Part shown: piece by piece, positions 1 through 10,123 of the stretch
Layout: each line of letters opens with the position of its first letter
How positions within the stretch are numbered: position 1 is the first letter of the stretch
Assembly: GCA_038919385.1 (NCBI GenBank)
Contig: JBCKZH010000002.1
Coordinates: 6,868 to 70,867 of the forward strand
Source of the DNA: Vicinamibacterales bacterium
GTDB taxonomy: Bacteria > Acidobacteriota > Vicinamibacteria > Vicinamibacterales > UBA2999
Reading direction: 5' to 3'
Length of the DNA: 64,000 nt
Notes under the pieces: model-generated
What the model was told of the DNA's origin: nothing
What the model saw: the letters and a program-made list of their open reading frames with translations, nothing else
Database searches by the model: none
Position numbers and translations under genes: made by a program

Positions 1-14
1 CGCGCGCGCTGGCC

Positions 15-1160
15 ATGGAGGCCGGCACCGACGTAGTCGTACTCCTCGGTAGCCGCGTGCTCAGCGGGACGTCGTCGACGCCGCTCGGCAACGCCATCGC
101 CGCGGCCGCACGACCCGAGGCCGCCACTCTCAGAACGGGCGACGACGAGTTCGTGGTGCGACGGCTCGCCACAGTGGACGATGCCACCGTGTATGCGGTC
201 GGCTCGGTCGGCATCGCCGCACGTGCGGCCGTCGCCGGCATGGCCTGGATGCTCGGCCTGATCAGCGTCGGTAGCCTGCTGCTGGCGGCAGCGGGTAGTG
301 CATGGCTCGCGCGCACGTTGAGTCGCCCGATCGCCGATCTCACCGCCAATCTGGCACGGATGGCGCACGAGCACCGGTTCGACGACGTGCTCACGCCGGC
401 CGGCGCCAGTCGGGAGTTGGACCAGCTGACCGAGGCCTTTGACGCGCTGCGCCAAAGCGTCAGGGCTGCCGAAACGGAAGCAGAGACCTCGTACCTGGGC
501 GTGATTGGCTCGCTGGCCACAGCCCTTGACGCCCGCGATCGCTACACCGCCGGCCACTCCGAGAGGGTCGCGACGCTGGCGGTTGCGATCGGGCAAGGGC
601 TGGGCCTGGCCGATCGCGAGCTCGACATGCTGCGCCTGGGGGCCCTGCTCCACGACATTGGCAAGATCGGCGTGCCTGACGCGGTCCTCAGAAAGGCCGG
701 TCGCCTCACCGACGAAGAGTTCGCGCAGATCCAACTCCATCCGACAATTGGCGCCAGGATTCTGGCACCGCTGCGCCTGCCGGCTGAAGTAATCGCCGTG
801 GTGGAATTGCACCACGAGCGGCCGGATGGACAGGGCTATCCCCACGGGCTGTCCGACGAACGGATCCCACGACTCGCCGCCATCGTCCACGGTGCTGACG
901 CGTTCGACGCCATCACGAGCGCCCGCTCCTATCGGCCCGGCCGTCCTGTTGCGGAGGCGCTTGACGAATTGAGGCGCCACGCCGGTACCGGCTTCAATCT
1001 CGCGGTGGTGCAGGTGATTACCGCGTTGCCGCTGTCGGCGCTCGAGGCCGCCACCGGCTCCGGGTCCGCGCTTGATGCCGGCCCTGGCGGCCGGCCTGCC
1101 GAAATCGTGCCCTTTCGGGCGCTGGCCGCCAGCGCCACGCGTCGGTCCCGGGGACGATGA
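15..1160 (+). CDS. HD-GYP domain (c-di-GMP phosphodiesterase-type) signalling protein with TM/HAMP-like N-terminal region; the 5' end may lie upstream of the window
   Basis: HDIGK and HHERPDGQGYP motifs; hydrophobic segment GMAWMLGLISVGSLLLAAAG; the frame is open back to position 3. Confidence 0.85.
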   Translation: MEAGTDVVVLLGSRVLSGTSSTPLGNAIAAAARPEAATLRTGDDEFVVRRLATVDDATVYAVGSVGIAARAAVAGMAWMLGLISVGSLLLAAAGSAWLARTLSRPIADLTANLARMAHEHRFDDVLTPAGASRELDQLTEAFDALRQSVRAAETEAETSYLGVIGSLATALDARDRYTAGHSERVATLAVAIGQGLGLADRELDMLRLGALLHDIGKIGVPDAVLRKAGRLTDEEFAQIQLHPTIGARILAPLRLPAEVIAVVELHHERPDGQGYPHGLSDERIPRLAAIVHGADAFDAITSARSYRPGRPVAEALDELRRHAGTGFNLAVVQVITALPLSALEAATGSGSALDAGPGGRPAEIVPFRALAASATRRSRGR

Positions 1161-2230
1161 ACAGGGCCGGCACGGTCACGGCGTCGGCTCTGGTGTTGCT
1201 ATTGCTCGCAACCGCGGCGGGAGCACAGGACGACCCGTCAACCAGTGGCCCGACCCGGCGACTCGCCGTTGACACGGTCACCGGCTACCAGGATTTTCTC
1301 GCTGAGGACTCCACCTGGCCGATCCAGTTCGTGGTCGATGCCTTCGTTGCCGTGGAACTGGCTCCTGGTTGGCAGGTGTCTGTGCGACCGGTCCTGTGGC
1401 GAGTCCAAGGCGAGTGGGAAACATTGCTCGACCAGGCGTCGATCCGTTATGAGACGCGCCGCCGTGCCAACTGGCGCGTTGAGGTCGGCAAGTTCCCCGC
1501 GCCGATCGGATTGGGCCTGACTGAGAACCGTGCGGGCAACAACGCCTCGGTGCTCTGGTGTCATCGGCCGTACTACTCGTCGGTGCCTTCGATCGGCGCC
1601 GGCTTGCCGCCGGTATCCCTCATTTCCGCCGTCTACCCGTTCGGAGCGCAGGTGGCGGCGTCAGGCACCAGGTGGGATGCGCGCGCAGCGCTTGTCGATC
1701 GCGGGCCCGTGGAGTACTGGAAGACGGGCGCCGGTGCGGCCCGAGGGCCGAACGGCATCGTCGGCGCCGGCATCACGCCACGCCAAGGGTTCCGGATCGG
1801 CGCGGCCGGCGCCTGGGGTCGGTACGCGAACGCCACGCCTGACCGAACGGCGTTGGGCTATACGACCATCAACGCCGAGACCGAATTCGCGTTCGGCTAT
1901 TCGCGGCTGAGCGGGGAGTGGGTGCGCAGTCGCTTCGACGCCCCGGAGGGCTCACGGACGTTCGAGGGGTGGACCGCTCAGGCGCAGCAGACCGTGACAC
2001 CGAGGGTCTTCCTGCACAGCCGTGTGACGACGGTCCGCTCGCCGGCCGGTGCCGAGTTGCCGGCCGTCGCCACCGTTCGCCGCTCTTTGTCCGTCGACTC
2101 GACGTTTGGCTACCGTGTCGATCCAGAACTGACCGTGCGCGTGGGACATGCCGCGATCCGCGCGTTCGGAAGGCCGCGCCTCGACCACCAGCTGGGGGTG
2201 TCAGTCATCTGGACGCGACGGTGGTGGTGA
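1157..2230 (+). CDS. secreted, possibly outer-membrane beta-barrel, hypothetical protein
   Basis: ATGA overlap with the upstream gene; signal peptide ALVLLLLATAAGAQD; aromatic-rich alternating pattern; C-terminal aromatic residues. Confidence 0.6.
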   Translation: MNRAGTVTASALVLLLLATAAGAQDDPSTSGPTRRLAVDTVTGYQDFLAEDSTWPIQFVVDAFVAVELAPGWQVSVRPVLWRVQGEWETLLDQASIRYETRRRANWRVEVGKFPAPIGLGLTENRAGNNASVLWCHRPYYSSVPSIGAGLPPVSLISAVYPFGAQVAASGTRWDARAALVDRGPVEYWKTGAGAARGPNGIVGAGITPRQGFRIGAAGAWGRYANATPDRTALGYTTINAETEFAFGYSRLSGEWVRSRFDAPEGSRTFEGWTAQAQQTVTPRVFLHSRVTTVRSPAGAELPAVATVRRSLSVDSTFGYRVDPELTVRVGHAAIRAFGRPRLDHQLGVSVIWTRRWW

Positions 2231-2246
2231 CCGCGCCGGGTCGTTC

Positions 2247-2390
2247 TCATCGCGAATGCTCCATCTCGGTGGCGGGTTTGAAGGTCAACGCCACGCCGTT
2301 GATGCAGTAACGAAGACCCGTGGGCCGCGGACCGTCGTCGAAGACATGGCCCTGGCGGCGTGTGACGAATGTCGCGTGGTGAGGGTAGGA
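2247..2390 (-). pseudogene. msrB: 3' fragment of methionine-R-sulfoxide reductase MsrB
   Basis: Only the C-terminal [26 protein letters not shown] block is present; no N-terminal part and no start codon. Confidence 0.5.
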
Positions 2391-2397
2391 TACGCCT

Positions 2398-2874
2398 GTG
2401 AAGGGCACGGACTTCGACGAACTCGCGTTCTTTCGCGCGATCGTGATCAGCGGCGCTCGAGCCTTGCTCATCGGCCGGCGAGCCCTCGTCGTGCTCGGGC
2501 TGCCGGTGCTCACCGCCGACTACGATTTCTGGCTGCACAGCGACGATATCGAGGCGTTCAACGAGGCCGCCAGCGCCTTCGACCTTCAGCCGTCGTTCGA
2601 TGCCGGCACCGCCCGGCGCCGTGGCCGCTACGTGCTGGAGAACGACGAACGCGTCGATGTCCTGGTCGCGCGGTCGGTGCCGACCGTCGAGGGGCAGTCG
2701 GTAACCTTCGACGAGCTGTGGGCCGCGCGTGAGCTGGTGCCGCTGACCGATGATGTGTCTGTCGCGTTGCCGAGCGTTGCTGGCCTGATCCTGACGAAGC
2801 GTTTCGCGACCAGGCCCAAGGACGCCGAAGACATCCGACTGCTGGAAGTGCTCCGCACGGAGCGTGAACGATGA
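2398..2874 (+). CDS. minimal nucleotidyltransferase-fold (MNT-like) protein
   Basis: GTG start; G-x(n)-DYDF motif ([14 protein letters not shown]), as in small NTase-fold proteins. Confidence 0.5.
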   Translation: MKGTDFDELAFFRAIVISGARALLIGRRALVVLGLPVLTADYDFWLHSDDIEAFNEAASAFDLQPSFDAGTARRRGRYVLENDERVDVLVARSVPTVEGQSVTFDELWAARELVPLTDDVSVALPSVAGLILTKRFATRPKDAEDIRLLEVLRTERER

Positions 2875-3095
2875 GCCAAGGTCTCTCGGACGCGGCGAGG
2901 GCACAAATTGACGCGCTAAGCGAACGCCGCCTCTCTGCCGCGGAAGTGCGCGCCTACCTCGCGACGCCGATGTCAGAGGCTGAACGTGCCGAGATTGTCG
3001 ACCTCGCGCGGTGGTTTCAACAGCGCTACCCAACTGGAGCCGAACGGCTGGCCTACGTGCGGCGGGCGTACGCGCGCTGGGCGCGACGAGGCTGA
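2871..3095 (+). CDS. small helical hypothetical protein, translationally coupled to the MNT-like gene
   Basis: ATGA overlap with the upstream ORF; 74 aa; no recognised motif. Confidence 0.4.
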   Translation: MSQGLSDAARAQIDALSERRLSAAEVRAYLATPMSEAERAEIVDLARWFQQRYPTGAERLAYVRRAYARWARRG

Positions 3096-3176
3096 TCCTG
3101 GCGTGACTCCGGGCGCAGGCGCTAAACGGCCCACACGATCGGTGGAACGTTCTGGCAACGACTGCATCAACATGGT

Positions 3177-4021
<845 letters not shown>

Positions 4022-4553
4022 GTGCCGACTCCCTGCTTGAGCGTGCGTCGCGCGATCTGGTCGGCCCGTGCCGCCTTCTCCAGCAGTGTCCCAAGCGACG
4101 GGATCTCGTTGTCCCACTCGATCAGGGTCGGTGTCGCACCGAAGCGGGCCACAGCGTGCGTGTACAAGTCCCACGCCGCCTCGGCGACCCTCGTGCTGTG
4201 GGTGTCGATGAGCACATCGTGTCCCGGCTGCGATTCATCTTCTTCCGCCGTAAACCCGCCCAGATGGAGCTCCCGCACGGCGTGTGCGGGCAGTCCCTCG
4301 AGATAAGCCACCGCGTCGTAGCCCATGTTGTGAGCACTCAGGCAGACGTTACTGACGTCACACAGCAGCTGGCACCCGCAGCGATCCACCAGCTCGCTTA
4401 GGAACTGCACCTCGGTCATCGTTGACCCGGTGAAACCCAGGTAGCCCGACGGGTTCTCCAGCAGGAACGGACGACCCAGGCCGTCCTGCACCTCCTGAAG
4501 GTGGCGGATCACGACGGCCAGCGTCTCCGCGGTGTACGGCAGCGGCAACAGGT

Positions 4554-4623
4554 CGTATTAGCGGCCTCCCCGGGTCAACATAAGGGCCGCTTCTCAGACC
4601 CAGTGCCCATGAACCAGCCACAG
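4554..4623 (+). repeat. 70-bp structured mobile-element terminus, copy A (solo)
   Basis: Identical base-for-base to 8035-8104; contains the hairpin AGCGGCC-n18-GGCCGCT; abuts truncated genes on both sides. Confidence 0.9.
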
Positions 4624-5333
4624 CGCAACGGCGTGTCGCGCTGGGTTCCCTGTGCACCGGCGGTTATGCGCTGGCCAAGGCCGGCTTGCTGGACAAGTAC
4701 AAGGCGGTGATCCACTGGGAGAACCTGTCGGCGCTGCGCGAAGAGTTTCCACGCGTCTCCTTCTCCGAGCAGCTGTTCGTGATCGATCGGGACCGTTACA
4801 CGTGCAGCGGCGGCGTGGCGCCGTTGGACCTGATGCTCAACATCATCAAGAACGACCTGGGGCGCGACATCGCGCCGATGATCTCCGAGCAGTTCATCCT
4901 GGACCGCATCCGCAACGAACATGACCGCCAGCATGTGCCGCTGCAGGCGCGGGTCGGCCTGTTCCACGAAAACCTGATCGAGGCCGCCGCGCTGATGCAG
5001 GCCAACATCGAAGAGCCGCTGTCGCTGGACGAGATCGCCCACCTGGTGGGCGTGTCGCGGCGCCAGATCGAACGCCTGTTCAAGCGCTACGTCGGCCAGG
5101 TGCCGACCCGGTATTACCTGGACATGCGGCTGCGCCGCGCCCGCGAGTTGCTGCTGCAAACCTCGATGTCCGTCATGGAAATCGCCGTCGCCTGCGGCTT
5201 CCAATCGCCACCGCATTTCTCCAAGTGCTACCGCAGCCTGTTCGGCCAATCGCCCAGCGCCGAGCGGCAGAGCAGCCGGCAGGGCACGGTGGCGGGCGGG
5301 TCGGCGAAGGTGGCGCAGCTGCAGGCGGCTTAA
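4624..5333 (+). pseudogene. GlxA-family (DJ-1/PfpI + AraC HTH) transcriptional regulator, 5'-truncated
   Basis: Homology starts at LGSLCTGGYALAKAGLL directly after repeat A; the C-terminal AraC HTH is intact (GFQSPPHFSKCYRSLFGQSP). Confidence 0.8.
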
Positions 5334-5538
5334 CGGAACGGCGGGTCGGCGGGCGACGTTCCTGCCAGGGCGCAGACCGCGCAAAGCAAGGCCTTGTTCG
5401 GCCGATCCGAAACCAACCGGCCGGGCTGCCACGCTGTTCCCGACCCACGCGCAAAATGGTCCGGCGTTGGCCTGCTTCCTGTCCCTGAGGGCGACCATCG
5501 ACGAGCATTTCTGTCAGGTCGGGGATGTGGAGAGGCTG

Positions 5539-6519
5539 ATGCAACGACGTTCCATTCTTTCCATCGCAGGCATTGCCGCGCTCGGCGCCGCAATGCCGCT
5601 GTTGGCACAACCGGCCAAGGTTTGGCAGGTCGGCGTTCTGTCGAACAATCCACGTCCTGCCAACGGTGCTGCCCCAGAGGCGCTGCGGCAAGCGCTGGCT
5701 GCACTTGGGTACGTCGAAGGGACCAATATTGCCTATGCGAACCGCTGGACGGACTTTGACAGCAGCCGACTCCCTGCGTTGGCTGCCGAGCTGGTTGGCC
5801 TGAAGGTCGATCTGATTGTGGCCCTGGGCAGCCCTGCCGTTGAGGACACCAAGAAAGCCACCGCAACGATTCCCATCGTCATCGCGGGCGCCGGCGATGC
5901 GGTGGGCGTGGGCCTGATTGCGAGCCTGGCCCGCCCGGGCGGCAATGTCACCGGCATCACCGATCTGGGAACCGAACTCAGTGCAAAGCGTCTTGAATTG
6001 CTCAAGGAGATGGTGCCCAAGGCCTTGCGCGTCGCCATGATCTGGAATTCGGAGGACCGCTCGATGACGTTGCGCTACCGGGAGACCGAGCGTGCGGCGC
6101 GGCTGCCGCGCATTGTCGTCCAGCCGCTCGGTGTACGCGCACCGGATGACTTCGAGGCGGCGTTCTCGGCGATGAAGCGGGACTGCCCGGATGCGCTTTT
6201 CATGGTATCGGACGCGCTCACCACGCTGAACCGGAAACGAGTCCTTGAGTTTGCAACGACCAACCGTATTCCGGCCACGTACGAACGCGGCGACTTGGTG
6301 AAGGACGGCGGGCTGATGTCGTACGGAGCGGACGTGAATGACAATTTTCGGCGCGTGGCGTTCTATGTGGACAAGATTCTCAAGGGTGCAAAGCCGGCAG
6401 ATCTGCCGGTTGAGCAGCCAACCCGGTTCTACCTGCGCATCAACCTCAAGACTGCCAAGGTGCTCGGGCTGACCATCCCGCAGACGCTGTTGCTGCGCGC
6501 CGATCAGGTGATCGAATGA
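5539..6519 (+). CDS. ABC transporter substrate-binding protein (the family with GGNVTG and a C-terminal PxxLLxRADxVIE motif)
   Basis: Signal peptide MQRRSILSIAGIAALGAAMPLLAQ; LARPGGNVTGI; TIPQTLLLRADQVIE. Confidence 0.8.
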   Translation: MQRRSILSIAGIAALGAAMPLLAQPAKVWQVGVLSNNPRPANGAAPEALRQALAALGYVEGTNIAYANRWTDFDSSRLPALAAELVGLKVDLIVALGSPAVEDTKKATATIPIVIAGAGDAVGVGLIASLARPGGNVTGITDLGTELSAKRLELLKEMVPKALRVAMIWNSEDRSMTLRYRETERAARLPRIVVQPLGVRAPDDFEAAFSAMKRDCPDALFMVSDALTTLNRKRVLEFATTNRIPATYERGDLVKDGGLMSYGADVNDNFRRVAFYVDKILKGAKPADLPVEQPTRFYLRINLKTAKVLGLTIPQTLLLRADQVIE

Positions 6520-6560
6520 ATCCGGTCACTCCAAAGCATCACCCATCGGCTGCGGCCGGT

Positions 6561-6974
6561 TCACGGCAACAGTTGAAAAGCCTTGCGCGACTTCAACCGG
6601 TAGGCGGAAAAGCCGCGCCGGTCCAATGTGAACACCGCATCGCATCCGATTTCTTCTCCAAGCGCGACCAGCGTGGCATCGGCATAGTCCATCGGCACGT
6701 CGCGATACTTTTCCATCAGCGCGGCAACGCGCAGGAGACTGGTGTGCGACGCCGGAACCAGGACGAACGCCCCGCGCAACATGAACTCAAGGCACTGCTT
6801 TTGCGCCTGCCAGCGCGGCCCCACCAGATGCAGGGTCTCGGTCATCACCGCCTCGGTGGTGACGATGCCGCCGCTCCAGCCTTCGAGCACCGCCACGCAG
6901 TCGGCGTGCCGGCGCTCGCTGCGATCCACCAGCGCGACGAACGCGCCGGTGTCGAGCAACAAGTTACGCGCCAC
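6561..6974 (-). CDS. vapC: PIN-domain toxin VapC
   Basis: LLLDTGAFVALVD N-terminal acidic motif; overlaps the upstream RHH gene. Confidence 0.85.
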   Translation of the reverse strand: MARNLLLDTGAFVALVDRSERRHADCVAVLEGWSGGIVTTEAVMTETLHLVGPRWQAQKQCLEFMLRGAFVLVPASHTSLLRVAALMEKYRDVPMDYADATLVALGEEIGCDAVFTLDRRGFSAYRLKSRKAFQLLP

Positions 6975-7215
6975 GGCGCAAGCGGGCGGTCAAATGTTCG
7001 CGGTGCCGCTGGCCCAGATCGGGCACGCCGCTTTGCACCGTGCCGAGCAGGTCGCGCACGCGTTCGATCGGACGGGTCACGGCAGGCTCGGCATCGAGAA
7101 ATTGGTCCAGGGCAAGGCGCACCACGTCCGAGCGCTTGCGCTTCAAGCGCTTGGCCGAGCGCTCCAGTTTGCCGGCCAGCGCTGCGGGTAGCCGCAGCGT
7201 CAATTGGGATTCCAT
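6964..7215 (-). CDS. vapB: ribbon-helix-helix antitoxin VapB
   Basis: MESQLTLRLPAALAGKLE RHH N-terminus; 11-nt overlap with vapC; ATTGCAAT / CCTTGCAAT repeats in the promoter region 7240-7270. Confidence 0.75.
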   Translation of the reverse strand: MESQLTLRLPAALAGKLERSAKRLKRKRSDVVRLALDQFLDAEPAVTRPIERVRDLLGTVQSGVPDLGQRHREHLTARLRRGA

Positions 7216-7511
7216 CGGTGCTCTCCGGGTGTTTACAGGTGCGAGTGCCTTGTATTGCAATGCCTTGCAATGGGTTGCGCATGGCGAAGCCGAGGCAACT
7301 CAATGCGCCGACGCCGAATTCTCCTCGCCGCCTGCGCCGGTGTGCCCGCCCTTCGTGGGCCGCGCATCAGCGTACTTGGCAATCAAGGGGCAACGGCATA
7401 AGATGACGGAGGAGGTGCTTGCCCATCGAAGTCGTTTGTTGCAAGAAGCATATCCATCGTTTGTCAATGCGCCTCCGACGAAGAGTGTGTCATGTTCACA
7501 AGGAGATTCAA

Positions 7512-7832
7512 ATGCCAAAGTATCTGCTTCAGGTCAACTATGTCGGTGACGGGGTCAAGGGACTGCTGAAGGAGGGCGGCACGAGCCGCCGCGTTGCTGC
7601 AGAGCGTGCCATCAAATCCCTCGGTGGCAGTCTTGAATCCTTTTACTTTGCCTTTGGCGACACCGATGCCTTTGTCATTGGCGAGGCACCGGATCATGCA
7701 AGCATGGCGGCGCTGGCCTTGACGGTCACTGCCAGTGGCGCCGCCACGGTCAAGACGACCGTGCTGATGACTCCGGAAGAGGTCGACGCGGCGGCGAAGA
7801 AGACGCCCGTTTATCGGCCCCCTGGGCAGTAA
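7512..7832 (+). CDS. GYD-domain protein
   Basis: AGGAG 7 nt upstream of the ATG; MPKYLLQVNY...FGDTDAFVI pattern typical of the GYD family. Confidence 0.75.
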   Translation: MPKYLLQVNYVGDGVKGLLKEGGTSRRVAAERAIKSLGGSLESFYFAFGDTDAFVIGEAPDHASMAALALTVTASGAATVKTTVLMTPEEVDAAAKKTPVYRPPGQ

Positions 7833-8034
7833 CGCCCGGGGACGTTCTGGCTGACTTGCGGCGTGCATGATTTTTAATCTTGTCGCGCATGAGCCAGAGG
7901 CATGTCGCCTGACGACAACCCAGGGTCGCTAATCTGCCTGCGACGCCCCTGAGGGGACCGTACGATTCCCCGGGTACTTTCGCCCTGCTCGGACCACGAC
8001 CGTGGGCCGGCCTGGCCAGACCCCGACGATAGGC

Positions 8035-8104
8035 CGTATTAGCGGCCTCCCCGGGTCAACATAAGGGCCGCTTCTCAGACCCAGTGCCCATGAACCAGCC
8101 ACAG
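8035..8104 (+). repeat. 70-bp structured mobile-element terminus, copy B (adjacent to the 3' end of the transposase)
   Basis: Identical to 4554-4623. Confidence 0.9.
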
Positions 8105-8705
8105 GGCACATCAACGCAGGGCCCATTATGACGTGCGACGCCTTGGCGTCAAGATCGGTGAGGCCTTCTCGCTTCGGTCGCGCGAGCGTTCGGCACAGCT
8201 CCGGCCGACCCCATCGCCAAACAATGGACGCGTGGAGTAGGTATGCAGCGCGACCGGTTCGGTTCAGCAGGCGCTCGGCTGGCGATCGTCGTCGCCGTCG
8301 AGCGGCAACGGCGGGGCGCGCGCGGGGCGCATCACCGGCACCTCGTCCGGCAGGCCCAGATGACGCAGGATGCGCAGGATCACGGCCGTCTCTCGAATCA
8401 GCGCCACCAACGTCAGACGGCCTGGGCAGCGCGGACAGGCCAGGACATCAAACCCGAAACTTCGCTGCATCAGGTCCGCCCACCCACGATTGCGTGACCG
8501 CACACTGTCAGGGCCCCTGTCGTCGGCGCACGCCGCCGCCTCGGTCTCCCCCTTCGCTCCACCGGCGACGGACACCGGGGAGACAATGCCTTTCCGCCAT
8601 GCGGCCCGCGGCGCCAACACCCCGTGGTACAGCACCAGATTGATCCGCGGGCGCGGTGTCAGGGCCGCAAGGCGCTCCAACAACTCCACCGGGTCGAACA
8701 CCAAG

Positions 8706-8746
8706 CCGGGGTCCCCGCCGCGCGTTTCCTGCGCGGTGGGGTGGAG
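8706..8746 (+). repeat. 41-nt hairpin mini-element, copy 1 (inside the transposase ORF)
   Basis: CCGGGGTCCCCGCCGCGCGTTTCCTGCGCGGTGGGGTGGAG; adds HPTAQETRGGDPGL between THL and VFDP. Confidence 0.85.
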
Positions 8747-9293
8747 GTGGGTCGTCCCGTCGGTCCACCGCCGGCGCAGTTCCAGCACGGCCTTGCCATC
8801 GGGCGTCAATTGCAGCCGATCCTGTCCGACCGGCGGACGCAGGGCATACCGGCACAACCGTTCCAGGCGGTCGCGAGCGCCAGCCGGTGCGACAATTCCC
8901 GCGTGGAGATCGAACCCATGCTGGCGGGCGTGCCACCGGCCGAGTGGCGGCGGGTCAGGAACGTCGATGGCATCGCCCCATCGGCGCACCGGCACGCCCG
9001 CGCGCACGCCGAGGGCCGCGACGCCCCGCACGGAGGCGGCCGCAAGGCCCGCCAGGGTCGGCGCCTCTTCGGCGTACCGATCCGGCGCGTCGAACCCTTC
9101 GCTGCCATCTGAAACGCTACGCCGGGCCAGTAACTTCTCGATGCGCCGCTCAATGGTGGTGAGCAGCAAGGTGAGGTCGTCTGCGCCCATCGGCTCCACC
9201 GGACAAAATCGCACGACGCCCGCGCCATCGGGGGCGAACACGCCGTCCATCACGAGCGCGTGAATGTGCACGTTCAGATTCAGCGCCGCACCG

Positions 9294-9334
9294 CCGGGGT
9301 CCCCGCTGCGCGGACTGTGCGCAGTGGGGTGGGA
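9294..9334 (+). repeat. 41-nt hairpin mini-element, copy 2 (inside the transposase ORF, at a frameshift site)
   Basis: CCGGGGTCCCCGCTGCGCGGACTGTGCGCAGTGGGGTGGGA; C-to-T and G-to-A changes at paired stem positions. Confidence 0.85.
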
Positions 9335-9506
9335 AGCGCTGGACGATGGCCACGGCACCACCGCGGCCGTCGGCCCCGTCACGGCCACGGGCATGGCGGC
9401 GGAGCCAGCCGAGCACGGCGCGCACGTAGACGGCCACGAGCGCTCGACAGAGCTCGTGATCCCACGCCAGCACGTACCGAATGCGCGGCGGCAGACTCAG
9501 TACCCA

Positions 9507-9547
9507 CTCCACCCCACCGCGCAGAGTCCGCGCGGCGGGGACCCCGG
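9507..9547 (-). repeat. 41-nt hairpin mini-element, copy 3 (opposite orientation, inside the transposase ORF)
   Basis: Reverse complement reads CCGGGGTCCCCGCCGCGCGGACTCTGCGCGGTGGGGTGGAG; adds AGVPAARTLRGGVE between VPVRQ and WVLS. Confidence 0.85.
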
Positions 9548-10123
9548 CCTGCCGGACCGGCACTGCAGGGAAGATGTGATCGACCAGGTGAGCCGCCCGA
9601 TCGGTCATGCGGCGGCCACCGCAACTGGGGCATATCCGCGGCCCTTGCACGAGAACGGGACCAGCCGATCGAGACGGCAGCTGGAGCACCGGAACCTCGC
9701 GAAGCCCGCCGCCAGACAGCCGCACGCCAGGAAGTCGCGAAACTCCTGCTCCACAAAGCGCGGCAAGCCCTGGCCATCGCGCATGCCGGCGGCCTGGACA
9801 CGAAAGGTTTCGAAGTGATCGCGCACCAGTTGATGCAGGGCACCCTGCTCGGGCTGGCGCGGCCGATAGACGGCGGAGGCGGTGGCCACGCCGCCAAGAG
9901 GCGCAAGGGCCGTGCCTGACGAGTCACCCCTGTAGCGTCAACGACTTGCGTGGTGGCCCCGCCCCGGTGATCGCAGCAACTGCGTTCACAGGCATGAGGA
10001 TGCGGCGCAGTATCTGCTACGCCGGCCGCGTTACGTGGCCGGCGCCGGGGTCGGCGACTATCGCTTCGCGAGCATCGTGCAGGGGGCGTGCGCGCACGCA
10101 GCGCACGTTGAGGCGGCACGCCG

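Larger units (their letters stand above)
8264..9889 (-). pseudogene. IS91-family transposase (zinc-binding N-terminal domain + Y2 domain) with at least two frameshifts and three short insertions
   Basis: FSCKGRG / ICPSCGGRRM split across two frames near 9625; QRF / ALNLNVHIHALVMDGVF split near 9300; C-terminal DGTTHL...LAALTPRPRINLVLYHGVLAP. Confidence 0.85.
8035..10120 (-). mobile_element. IS91-family (Y2 rolling-circle transposase) element remnant; the right boundary is uncertain; no integrase gene and no second terminus present
   Basis: Terminus at 8035, transposase pseudogene 8264-9889, no recognisable gene in 9890-10120. Confidence 0.65.

Noticed and set aside
4554-4623. 70-bp repeat as a duplicated tRNA or tmRNA 3' end (integrative-element att site)
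   Set aside because: Neither strand shows a T-arm (GGTTCGAATCC-like) sequence, an acceptor stem or CCA-proximal features. All three occurrences sit next to IS91-type genes or truncated genes, which fits transposon termini better.
8128-8643. 171-aa ORF in the transposase flank or antisense region
   Set aside because: It is Arg/Pro/Ala-rich and low-complexity, and it overlaps the 3' part of the transposase on the opposite strand. No motif is present.
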